A stretch of 64,000 nucleotides of DNA, from assembly GCA_041660605.1 (NCBI GenBank), contig JBAZWB010000001.1, positions 201,295 through 265,294 on the forward strand, written 5' to 3'. Source of the DNA: Patescibacteria group bacterium (GTDB taxonomy: Bacteria > Patescibacteriota > Patescibacteriia > UBA10025 > JAHIVO01). Of this stretch, positions 55,677 to 64,000 are shown piece by piece (positions within the stretch are counted from its first letter, which is position 1; the number at the start of each line of letters is the position of its first letter). Made by a program: the position numbers and the translations under genes. Under the pieces are notes generated by a model. It ran no database searches. It was not told the origin of the DNA and saw only the letters and a program-made list of their open reading frames with translations.

Positions 55677-56793
55677 CATTACCAATGAGGAAATAAAAAA
55701 AATATTAGAGTCAGTGAACAATATCCGCCTGGACCAGGCGCCTGCTCAGCGTATAAAAGGTGTTTTGCTGAGCCAGTTTGAAAATCTGGAAAATCAGGGG
55801 GATCTAAAAAATAATCACTTTAACGAAAATAGAAAAGTTTCAATATTTAATTCATTAATGTTAAAACCCATGATACCAATTTTAATCGCTCTTATCATTT
55901 TTGCCGGAACGACCGGTACAGTCGTGGCTGCAGAAAACTCAAAACCCGGAGATGCATTATTCGGAGTTGAAAGGGCCTGGGAGCAGACACAGCTTAATTT
56001 TTCCCTGAGTGATGAGGCTAAGGCGGAGCGCTGGCTGAAAATCGCCCAGGAGAGAGAGCAGGAGCAAAAAGCTCTCTTGATCAGTAATCAAACTGATGAA
56101 GCTAATACCGCCGAAGGTATTGCCAGTAATGCGCTGCAGAATGCCCAGGAAGTAATTGCCCGCGTCAAGGCAAAGCATGAAGAGAACGGCCGTGAGCAGG
56201 CCTCGGAGTCATTGAATAAGGTTGAGCATAAACTGCAGGAACTAAGCGACCGTTTTGAAGAAAGGAAGCGCGAGCAGACCGAGCGGCGGCTGGAGAATGA
56301 GTTTGGCAGCACCGATCTGGAGGTAGAAGTAGAGGATGGACAAGCACGGATTAATTTGGAAGCGGGAGGCAAAAAATATGAATACTCCCTTGAAACTTCC
56401 GACACCCAGGAAATTGTTGACTCAATACAAGAAAAAACAGGCATCAGCACCGAAGATGTCAGGACGCTCATAAAAATTGACAACCATAGTAACAGCGATA
56501 ACAGCAGCGATAATGCAGCCAATGATGAGAGCAATACAAACCAGTCACCTGATTCTGTTGATGGCAGCCAGGGCGACGACAGTGCGGATGACAGCAGCCA
56601 GAATATAAATGACGATTCCTCGGGTCAGGATCAGCCGGATTCTGAAAACACCAACAGCAATGAAAATATAAATGATGATCAAGGCGATAATGGGACGGAA
56701 GATAGCGCTAATGAAAACGAGAACAGAAATACCAACCAGGGACAGCAACAGAACAGCGAGGATGAGGTAACTGAAGGACAAAGCAGAGATTAA
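55666..56793 (+). CDS. Putative anti-sigma factor with a DUF5667-like domain and acidic D/N/S tail
   Basis: Overlaps the sigma gene; TM helix; S.PGD.LF...RA.E motif. Confidence 0.75.
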   Translation: MKNNITNEEIKKILESVNNIRLDQAPAQRIKGVLLSQFENLENQGDLKNNHFNENRKVSIFNSLMLKPMIPILIALIIFAGTTGTVVAAENSKPGDALFGVERAWEQTQLNFSLSDEAKAERWLKIAQEREQEQKALLISNQTDEANTAEGIASNALQNAQEVIARVKAKHEENGREQASESLNKVEHKLQELSDRFEERKREQTERRLENEFGSTDLEVEVEDGQARINLEAGGKKYEYSLETSDTQEIVDSIQEKTGISTEDVRTLIKIDNHSNSDNSSDNAANDESNTNQSPDSVDGSQGDDSADDSSQNINDDSSGQDQPDSENTNSNENINDDQGDNGTEDSANENENRNTNQGQQQNSEDEVTEGQSRD

Positions 56794-56872
56794 TCCAACA
56801 TTACAATTAACATAAAGCCGCTCAAAGATATTGGGCGGTTTTATTATATATATCAATATTCATCGTTAGCCT

Positions 56873-56927
56873 TTGACATATTAAATGTAGGGGATTATAA
56901 TACTTATTGATAATAATTACTAATAAG
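56873..56927 (+). promoter_or_regulatory. sigma70 promoter with a Fur/PerR-type box
   Basis: TTGACA-16-TATAAT; cttattgataat-a-attactaataag (56903-27), 10/12 palindromic. Confidence 0.65.
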
Positions 56928-56939
56928 GATTAATAATAT

Positions 56940-57503
56940 ATGACAAATAAATCAGTTAAAACAAGCAAAAAGGACAAGGACTTCCGCCTGACTAAGCAAA
57001 GAATAGTCATTTTAGAGCAGGTCAGGAGGGATGATTCTCATCCGACTGCCAATGCTATTTATTCCGCGGTCAGGACAAAATATCCCCAAATCAGTTTTGG
57101 CACGGTTTACAGGAACTTAAACTTTTTAACCGAGCACGGATTGCTGAAGGAATGCGTGATAGATAAAAAATCCCGCTATGAAGCCAGAGTGGATTCGCAC
57201 GTGCACTTCGTCTGCGAAGAATGCCACAGTATCATGGACATGGACAGCCAGCAGGATGATCAATTGATCCGCGAACTGCAGAATTTAGCTTCCAGCAAGA
57301 AGTTCATGATCCGCTCGGAAAATTATGAGATCCGGGGTGTTTGTAAAAACTGCCAGAAAACCGCCCTGCCGAAAAAAGCCGTACCGGAGCTCTTCTGCAT
57401 CGCCTGCGGCAGCCTGCTGGAAGATCTGGAGAAAGAAGCGCCGGTCTGCCGGGAATGCTGCTTCCAGATAAACTGCAGCTATTATCCCAAAGCAAATAAG
57501 TAA
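56940..57503 (+). CDS. Fur/PerR-family regulator with a Cys-rich C-terminal extension
   Basis: RLTKQR, HPTA, TVYRNL, HVHFVCEEC, GVCKNC, plus CIAC...CRECC...C. Confidence 0.88.
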   Translation: MTNKSVKTSKKDKDFRLTKQRIVILEQVRRDDSHPTANAIYSAVRTKYPQISFGTVYRNLNFLTEHGLLKECVIDKKSRYEARVDSHVHFVCEECHSIMDMDSQQDDQLIRELQNLASSKKFMIRSENYEIRGVCKNCQKTALPKKAVPELFCIACGSLLEDLEKEAPVCRECCFQINCSYYPKANK

Positions 57504-57511
57504 TTAAAAAT

Positions 57512-58270
57512 ATGAACCAGCTGCAAATAAAAAATCTGCACGTCGCCATTGAGGGCAAGGAAATTCTGAAAGGCGTTAATCTGACGATAAAAGACGGAGA
57601 GACGCAGGCCTTAATGGGGCCAAATGGTTCTGGAAAATCCACGCTAGCTTCAACTATCATGGGGCATCCAAATTTCCACGTTACCAAAGGCTCAATTTTT
57701 TTATACGGCCAACGTTTGAATAAATTAAAACCAGACGAGCGCGCGAAAAAGGGGATTTTCCTGTCTTTCCAGAACCCCATTGAGGTGGCTGGCCTTTCGA
57801 TCAAGCATTTCCTGCGGGCGGCATTCAATAATCTTAATCCCGAGTCAAAACTGTCCCCGTTTGAATTTGAAAAATTATTCGAGGAAAAAATCAAACTCCT
57901 GAAGATAAATAAAAATTTCGGCGGGAGATCGCTAAACGAAGGCTTTTCCGGCGGGGAAAGGAAAAAACTGGAAATACTGCAAATGGCCATTTTGCAGCCT
58001 TGTTTAGTTATCCTGGATGAAGCCGATTCCGGGCTGGACATTGACGCCTTAAGAGACGTTACCCAGGCTATTAACCGCCTTAAAAAAGCTAAGAAAGCCG
58101 GCAAGAATAGAATGAGCGTTTTATTGATAACCCATTACAACAGGATTTTAAAATATATAAAACCTGACAAAGTGCATATTTTGATGCACGGCCGGGTGGT
58201 TAAATCGGGAGGGCGCCAGCTGGCCACCCAGGTGGAGAAGAGAGGATATGATTGGCTGGGTTCAAAATAA
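57512..58270 (+). CDS. sufC: Fe-S assembly ATPase SufC
   Basis: MGPNGSGKST, NEGFSGGE.KK.E, DSGLDIDAL, ITHY. Confidence 0.95.
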   Translation: MNQLQIKNLHVAIEGKEILKGVNLTIKDGETQALMGPNGSGKSTLASTIMGHPNFHVTKGSIFLYGQRLNKLKPDERAKKGIFLSFQNPIEVAGLSIKHFLRAAFNNLNPESKLSPFEFEKLFEEKIKLLKINKNFGGRSLNEGFSGGERKKLEILQMAILQPCLVILDEADSGLDIDALRDVTQAINRLKKAKKAGKNRMSVLLITHYNRILKYIKPDKVHILMHGRVVKSGGRQLATQVEKRGYDWLGSK

Positions 58271-58273
58271 TTT

Positions 58274-59674
58274 ATGAAAGTAAATCTGCAACAACTTAAC
58301 AGGCAGGCGCAAAAGGAAAAACCGGACGAGATGGATTATTTTCATACTTCGGCCAAAGGCCTGACGGATAAGACAGTCAAGGAGATTTCTCATTATAAAA
58401 ACGAACCAGCGTGGATGCAGGAGGAAAGATTCAGGGCTTACCAGACTTTTTTGAGGCAGCCAATGCCGGCCTGGGGTCCGGATTTGTCAAAAATTGATTT
58501 TAATGACCTGTATTATTATTTGCGGCCGACCGGCCAGACAGCCCGTTCCTGGTCGGAAGTGCCTGAAGCAATCCGCCATACTTATGACCGACTGGGCTTG
58601 CCTGAGGCAGAGAAGAAATACCTGGGAGGCGTCATGGCGCAATACGAGTCTGACGCGGTGTATCACAGTGTGCAGAAAAAGCTGGAAAAAAAGGGAGTAA
58701 TTTTTACCGATATGGATACCGGATTGCGGCGTTATCCGGAAATTGTCAGGAAATATTTTTCTACGGTTGTGCCCGCTGGAGACAATAAGTTTGCCGCCCT
58801 GAACACCGCGGTTTGGTCCGGAGGCAGCCTGTTATACATACCAGCCGGAGTAAAAGTGGAATTTCCTTTGCAGGCATATTTCCGCATCAACGCCGAGAAA
58901 GTCGGCCAGTTTGAGCGTACTTTGATAATCGCCGAGCCGGGCAGTTTCGTGCATTACGTGGAGGGCTGCACCGCGCCGGTTTATTCTACTGGGTCATTGC
59001 ACGCGGCAGTGGTGGAAATAATAGTAAAGCCGGGAGCCCGCGTGCGCTATACGACGGTGCAGAACTGGTCAAAAAACGTTTACAATATAGTAACCAAAAG
59101 GGCTTTTGTTATGGAAGAAGGCGTGATGGAATGGGTGGATGGTAATCTAGGCAGCAAAGTAACGATGAAATATCCTTCCGTCTATTTGCTTGGCAGGAAG
59201 GCCAGAGGAGAGGTCCTATCCATTGCTTTTGCCGGCTCGGGCCAGCACCAGGATGCTGGCGGCAAGGCCATTCATGGCGCGCCGGAAACATCCTCGTCAA
59301 TTATTTCCAAGTCAGTCTCCCGCGGCAGCGGCCGCACTTCTTACCGCGGCCTGGTGCGCGTAGCCAAGGGTATGGCCGGCTGCAGATCAAACGTCGTCTG
59401 CGACGCCCTGCTGATGAACAAAAATTCGCGTTCTGACACTTATCCCACGATGGATATCAGGGAAAGCGCCACCCGCGTGAGCCATGAGGCGACGGTCGGC
59501 AGGGTGGGCGAAGAGCAATTGTTTTATTTAATGAGCCGCGGCTTGTCCGAACAGGAGGCGATGTCTATGATTATCTCCGGCTTCATTGAGCCGATTGCCC
59601 GGCAGCTGCCGGTGGAATTCGCCGCTGAACTGAATAAATTAATTGAGCTGGAAATGGGAGGCAGGGTAGGTTAA
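58274..59674 (+). CDS. sufB: Fe-S assembly protein SufB
   Basis: AQYES, GQFERTLI, YVEGCTAP, HEATVG, FYLMSRG. Confidence 0.95.
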   Translation: MKVNLQQLNRQAQKEKPDEMDYFHTSAKGLTDKTVKEISHYKNEPAWMQEERFRAYQTFLRQPMPAWGPDLSKIDFNDLYYYLRPTGQTARSWSEVPEAIRHTYDRLGLPEAEKKYLGGVMAQYESDAVYHSVQKKLEKKGVIFTDMDTGLRRYPEIVRKYFSTVVPAGDNKFAALNTAVWSGGSLLYIPAGVKVEFPLQAYFRINAEKVGQFERTLIIAEPGSFVHYVEGCTAPVYSTGSLHAAVVEIIVKPGARVRYTTVQNWSKNVYNIVTKRAFVMEEGVMEWVDGNLGSKVTMKYPSVYLLGRKARGEVLSIAFAGSGQHQDAGGKAIHGAPETSSSIISKSVSRGSGRTSYRGLVRVAKGMAGCRSNVVCDALLMNKNSRSDTYPTMDIRESATRVSHEATVGRVGEEQLFYLMSRGLSEQEAMSMIISGFIEPIARQLPVEFAAELNKLIELEMGGRVG

Positions 59675-59685
59675 ATATAAAAAAT

Positions 59686-60378
59686 ATGAAAAAGCTGATC
59701 ATAAAAAAAGACCGAACCATTGAGCTGGAAAAAGTGGAAAAACCCGGCGGCATTAATATAGTCATTCAGCCGGGCGTAAAAGGGAATTTGATCTTTCGCG
59801 GCGGCCTGGAAGAGGCCATAGTCACGGTGATGAGGGGCGCGGTGTTTAATTTATTCTGCTTAATGACCGACTTAGACAGTGATGACAGTAAGATAGTCAT
59901 CAATTTAATAGAACCATTGGCGCAGGCTCATGTTCATGGAATTTTTCACGGCCAGCAGGAAGATAAGCATTTTTTTAATATTATCATGCATCACCAGGCA
60001 AAAGAGACCAAGGGTGATATAATTATAAAAGGTGTGTATGAAAATATGTCCAGAGGCTCATTTTCCGGATTGATAAAGATTGATAAAGCGTCACAGAAAG
60101 CCGTCTCGCATTTTTCCGATGAAATCCTCCTGTCCGATGAAGCCATAGCTTTATCAGTGCCGACGCTGGAAATTTCCGCCAACGACGTCAGGGCTTCCCA
60201 CCGGTCCACTACCAGCCAGATTGACGAGGAGCAGCTGTTTTATCTGGCTTCGCGCGGATTAAATCAGCAGCAGGCCCGGCAGATGATCATCAAGGGATTT
60301 TTTAAATCAATTACCGACAAATTACCCGTTAATATAAAGAATAAATTTTATGCGCAAACAGCTGGGGCAGAATATTAA
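59686..60378 (+). CDS. sufD: Fe-S assembly protein SufD (short form)
   Basis: P.LEI.ANDV.ASH, FYL.SRG. Confidence 0.88.
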   Translation: MKKLIIKKDRTIELEKVEKPGGINIVIQPGVKGNLIFRGGLEEAIVTVMRGAVFNLFCLMTDLDSDDSKIVINLIEPLAQAHVHGIFHGQQEDKHFFNIIMHHQAKETKGDIIIKGVYENMSRGSFSGLIKIDKASQKAVSHFSDEILLSDEAIALSVPTLEISANDVRASHRSTTSQIDEEQLFYLASRGLNQQQARQMIIKGFFKSITDKLPVNIKNKFYAQTAGAEY

Positions 60379-61576
60379 AAAGGACTTCCCGATTTTCAAA
60401 AATAATCCGGGATTGGTTTTTCTGGATTCCGGCGCCAGTGCCCAGAAGCCGCAGGCGGTGATCCGGGCCATTACCGATTGTTACGAAAAATATTACGCCA
60501 ATGTGCACCGCGGTATTTATAAATTATCGGAAAAGTCTTCAGCCGCCTATGAAAGCGTGCGTGCCAAGGCGGCCGGTTTTATCAACGCCGGCAGCGAGAA
60601 ACGCATAGTTTTTACGCGTAATACGACAGAAAGCATCAATTTAGTAGCTTATACCTGGGGCCGGCAGAATATCCGGGCTGGCGATGAAATTTTGCTCACC
60701 GAAATGGAGCATCACGCCAATATGCTGCCCTGGCGGGTTTTGGCCAAAGAAAAAAAAGCCAGCGTTAAATACTGGCCTATTAATCAGGAGGGCCGGCTGG
60801 ATTTGAATGAACTTGATAAGCTGCTGACCAAAAAAACTAAACTAGTGGCGTTTACGCAGATGTCCAATGTTTTGGGCACGATTAATCCGGCGAAAGAGAT
60901 TATAAAAAAAATCAGGAGCCAGGGCAGCGCTTTGGTTTTAATTGACGGAGCGCAGTCAGTTCCGCATTTTTCCGTTGACGTACGGGATTTGGATGCAGAT
61001 TTTTATGTTTTTTCCTCGCATAAAATGTGCGGTCCGACCGGCGTGGGCGTTTTGTACGCTAAGGATGAAATTCTGGAAAAAATGAATCCATTTCTATATG
61101 GCGGTGATATGATTGCCAATGTAACTTTGCAGGAAATGGAGTGGAGCGAAGTACCGGCAAAATTCGAGGCAGGGACGCCGGCCATTGCCGAGGTAATCGG
61201 TTTTGGCGCGGCTATCGATTATTTGCAGGATATCGGCATGGACAATGTCTTTAAATATGAAGAAGAAATGGTTAAAGCCGGACTGAGGGCATTATTATCA
61301 GTAGAGGGATTGAAACTTTTCGGCCCGCACGAGCCGGAGGCTCGCGGCGCGGTCTTTGCCTTCGAAATTCCCGGTGTGCATCCGCATGATGCCGCCTCCA
61401 TTTTTGACGAGCAGAACATCGCGGTCCGCGCCGGACATCACTGCGCCCAGCCCCTACATCAGAAACTGGGGATCCCGGCCAGTCTCCGCGCCAGTTTTTA
61501 CCTCTACAACACTTTAGAAGATTTAAATAAATTAATCAGCGGCATTAAAAAAGCCCAGGAAATTTTTGGCCTATGA
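60350..61576 (+). CDS. sufS: Cysteine desulfurase
   Basis: LDSGASAQKP, EHHAN, DGAQ, SSHKM.GPTG, RAGHHCA. Confidence 0.95.
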   Translation: MRKQLGQNIKKDFPIFKNNPGLVFLDSGASAQKPQAVIRAITDCYEKYYANVHRGIYKLSEKSSAAYESVRAKAAGFINAGSEKRIVFTRNTTESINLVAYTWGRQNIRAGDEILLTEMEHHANMLPWRVLAKEKKASVKYWPINQEGRLDLNELDKLLTKKTKLVAFTQMSNVLGTINPAKEIIKKIRSQGSALVLIDGAQSVPHFSVDVRDLDADFYVFSSHKMCGPTGVGVLYAKDEILEKMNPFLYGGDMIANVTLQEMEWSEVPAKFEAGTPAIAEVIGFGAAIDYLQDIGMDNVFKYEEEMVKAGLRALLSVEGLKLFGPHEPEARGAVFAFEIPGVHPHDAASIFDEQNIAVRAGHHCAQPLHQKLGIPASLRASFYLYNTLEDLNKLISGIKKAQEIFGL

Positions 61577-61959
61577 CCTACGACATGTACAGAGAAATAA
61601 TCATTGACCATTATAAGGATCCGCATAATTTCGGTATTATTAAGGACGCCGATAAATCAGCCAATAAAAAAAATCCGCTGTGCGGCGATGAAATGCAGAT
61701 CACCGTCAAGCTGGACAAAAAGAAAAAAATTTCCGACATAAAATTCACCGGGGCCGGGTGCAGCGTGTCGCGGGCTGGGGGATCGATTTTGACAGATATT
61801 GTGAAAGGCAAGCGGATCAGTGAGTTAAAAAAATATACTGACCGCCAATTCATCCAGGATATGGGCGTGCCTATAACCCCAGCCAGAAAAAAATGCGCCT
61901 TATTATCCCTGGAAACGCTGAGAAAAGCCCTGAATATCACTAAACCAAGCGTAAAATAG
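61573..61959 (+). CDS. sufU: SufU/IscU-type scaffold or sulfur acceptor
   Basis: NPLCGD, GC..S.A, R.KCA. Confidence 0.88.
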   Translation: MTYDMYREIIIDHYKDPHNFGIIKDADKSANKKNPLCGDEMQITVKLDKKKKISDIKFTGAGCSVSRAGGSILTDIVKGKRISELKKYTDRQFIQDMGVPITPARKKCALLSLETLRKALNITKPSVK

Positions 61960-62041
61960 CCGTTTTAATTAATCATATCTTAATTATTAAATGGTATTTT
62001 TAATGCATAAGAAAGTGTTAATTTACTAAGGAAATAATATT

Positions 62042-62656
62042 ATGAATAAGAAATTTACTACACCTGATTTGCCCTACGGTTACGACGCTCTCGAGCCATA
62101 TATTGACGAAGCGACCATGAAAATTCATCATGACAAGCATCATGTTGCTTATACGACTAAACTTAATGCGGCAGTGGAAAAGCATCCCGAGCTTTTTGCC
62201 AAAGACCCAGTTGATTTATTAAAAGATTTAAATTCAGTACCCGAAGATATCAGGCTGGCAGTGCGAAATAACGGCGGCGGCCACGTTAATCACATGTTGT
62301 ATTGGGAGGTGATGGGCCCTGACGCCGGCGGCGAACCTGAGGGAAAACTGCTGGAGGCCATTAAAAATGGATTTGGCGGTTTTGAGAAGTTTCAGGAGCT
62401 ATTTGAGGATGCAGCCACGACGCAGTTCGGTTCCGGCTGGGCCTGGCTCTCGGTTGAAATGGGAAAATTAGTGATTGAAAAAACATCCAATCAGGATACG
62501 CCCCTTTCTGCCGGTCGCTTGCCGATACTGGCGCTGGATGTCTGGGAGCATGCGTATTACCTGAAATATCAGAACAAGCGGCCGGAATACATAAAAGCTT
62601 TCTGGAATGTGATAAATTGGGAGTCAGTCGGAGACAAGTATGATTCATTTATATAA
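62042..62656 (+). CDS. sodA: Superoxide dismutase, Mn-type signature
   Basis: [30 protein letters not shown]. Confidence 0.9.
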   Translation: MNKKFTTPDLPYGYDALEPYIDEATMKIHHDKHHVAYTTKLNAAVEKHPELFAKDPVDLLKDLNSVPEDIRLAVRNNGGGHVNHMLYWEVMGPDAGGEPEGKLLEAIKNGFGGFEKFQELFEDAATTQFGSGWAWLSVEMGKLVIEKTSNQDTPLSAGRLPILALDVWEHAYYLKYQNKRPEYIKAFWNVINWESVGDKYDSFI

Positions 62657-62678
62657 TCTCAGCATTAAAAATAATTCT

Positions 62679-63170
62679 ATGATAAACAAAAAAGTTGAAA
62701 AAGCCATAAACGGGCAAATCCAAGCCGAGCTTTATTCGTCATATCTTTATCTGGCAATGTCGGCGTATTGCACTTCGCTGAATTTCAAAGGCTTTGCCAA
62801 ATGGCTGAAAGTTCAGGCCGGCGAAGAGATAAAACATGCGATGAAGTTCTATGATTTTCTGCATGACCGCAGCGGGCAGGTTGAACTGCTGGCTTTGCAA
62901 AAACCGCCGGTAAATTTCACTTCTCCAACCAAGGTCTTCCAGCAGGCGTATGGCCATGAAAAGAAAATTACCGGCATGATAAATGGCTTGTATGAACTGG
63001 CAAAACAGGAAAAGGACTACGCTTTTGAGGAATTCTTGCACTGGTTTCTGGATGAACAGGTAGAAGAGGAAGCGCAGACTTATGAAGTAGCCAGCGTCTT
63101 GGAGAAAATCGGCGAAAAAGGCAGCGGCATCTGGATGCTTGACCATCAGCTGGGTGAACGAAAAGAGTAG
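62679..63170 (+). CDS. ftnA: Non-heme ferritin
   Basis: E.YSS..YL.M, EE..HA, HE..IT, WF..EQVEEE. ATG 62679. Confidence 0.9.
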   Translation: MINKKVEKAINGQIQAELYSSYLYLAMSAYCTSLNFKGFAKWLKVQAGEEIKHAMKFYDFLHDRSGQVELLALQKPPVNFTSPTKVFQQAYGHEKKITGMINGLYELAKQEKDYAFEEFLHWFLDEQVEEEAQTYEVASVLEKIGEKGSGIWMLDHQLGERKE

Positions 63171-63255
63171 CAGGAGCAGCAAGTCCGCTTATTAATAATT
63201 AACACAGCATGTGCTATAATTAGCGCGTGCTGTTTAGCATTAACGGAAATAAATT

Positions 63256-63465
63256 ATGAAAATAAAATTACTGAAAGATAAGTGTATTTCTGCCGGTACC
63301 TGCGTAGCTATTGCTCCGGATGTGTTTGAGCTTGATGGTGATGGCAAGGTAAGCCTGAAAAACCCCACTGGCGCTGATGACGCGACTATCCTGGATGCCG
63401 CAAAATCCTGCCCGACGCAGGCTATTGAAATTTATGATGATGAGGATAAAAGAATATTTCCTTGA
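63256..63465 (+). CDS. Ferredoxin (3Fe-4S-type spacing)
   Basis: CISAGTC...AP....CP. Confidence 0.85.
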   Translation: MKIKLLKDKCISAGTCVAIAPDVFELDGDGKVSLKNPTGADDATILDAAKSCPTQAIEIYDDEDKRIFP

Positions 63466-63473
63466 TAAAAATT

Positions 63474-64000
63474 ATGGAGAATAATTCTCTCGCACCAGAC
63501 GGCGGCAGCCCGGCGCCAGTTGGCAAGAAAAAAACCAGAAAAATAATAATCATCGCGGCACTATTGGCACTGTTTTTTTTGGCCGCCTATTTTTTTTCCC
63601 TGATACGTAAGAATATAAATAATCTTAATGGCAGCAGTAACGGCAATACTAACACGCCTACCATTGAAACAAGCGACGATCCGTATGCAGGCAATCCTGA
63701 TGCTAAGGTGGTGATAGTTGAATTTGGGGATTTCGAGTGCCCCTATTGCTTCCAGTCATTTCCGGTAGTCAGAGAGCTGATAGCGGAATATAAAGATCAA
63801 ATAAAATTTATTTATCGCGATTTCCCCTTAGCCGCTTCTCACGCCCATGCGGAAATGGCCGCCGAAGCCGCCGAATGCGCGCACGAGCAGGGTAAATTCT
63901 GGGAAATGCATGATAAGCTCTTTATTAACCAGCAGAACCTAGAGAATTCCGATTTAAAAATTTATGCCCGGGAGATCGGGTTGAACGCGAATGTTTTCGA
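63474..64000 (+). CDS. DsbA-family thioredoxin (runs off the window end; absent from the ORF track)
   Basis: TM anchor, GNPDAKV.IVEFGDFECPYC, YRDFPL, AAEAAECA.EQGKFWEMHD.LF. Confidence 0.9.
   Translation, partial: MENNSLAPDGGSPAPVGKKKTRKIIIIAALLALFFLAAYFFSLIRKNINNLNGSSNGNTNTPTIETSDDPYAGNPDAKVVIVEFGDFECPYCFQSFPVVRELIAEYKDQIKFIYRDFPLAASHAHAEMAAEAAECAHEQGKFWEMHDKLFINQQNLENSDLKIYAREIGLNANVF

Noticed and set aside
56480-56793. Low-complexity D/N/S repeats as a special repeat locus
   Set aside because: An ordinary disordered acidic tail of the anti-sigma protein with no exact periodicity.
1-64000. Prophage, transposase, integrase, rRNA or stop-codon reassignment
   Set aside because: No hallmark motifs seen. 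Conserved genes read through intact under code 11, and several end in TGA.

Overview
Bacterial chromosome segment using genetic code 11, with almost all real genes on the + strand. AT-rich, mostly SD-less 5' ends, the gene content and the short palindromic repeats suggest a Patescibacteria (CPR) genome; this is inference. Gene order: dnaG-rpoD; a direct-repeat-flanked cassette of PsbP-like surface proteins; tRNA-Asn; PD-(D/E)XK nuclease plus PIF1-like helicase; ABC-F; ABC exporters; DEAD-box helicase; typA; AAA_14 ATPase; ABC1 kinase; KAP NTPase; SPFH/Arc; a GH-A hydrolase; then a long metal/redox region (zur-znuACB, ZIP, EncFtn-like, DUF134, CcdA-like, FNR-ApbE-cytochrome b, alpha-2-macroglobulin, AMP phosphorylase, ECF sigma/anti-sigma, fur-sufCBDSU, sodA, ferritin, ferredoxins, DsbA). 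Five signals stand out. (1) An alpha-2-macroglobulin carries a Hint (BIL-type) autoprocessing domain exactly in its bait region and has no thioester Cys. (2) The intact tRNA-Asn is followed by an exact 44-nt copy of its own 3' part, split into six pieces by GC-rich hairpin inserts, with possible 5'-half remnants upstream. (3) typA has a similar broken-copy-then-fresh-copy start. (4) A leader-peptide attenuator precedes an ABC exporter. (5) An FNR/ApbE/cytochrome b module may form a flavinylation-based electron conduit. All calls come from motif reading by eye; no database searches were run.
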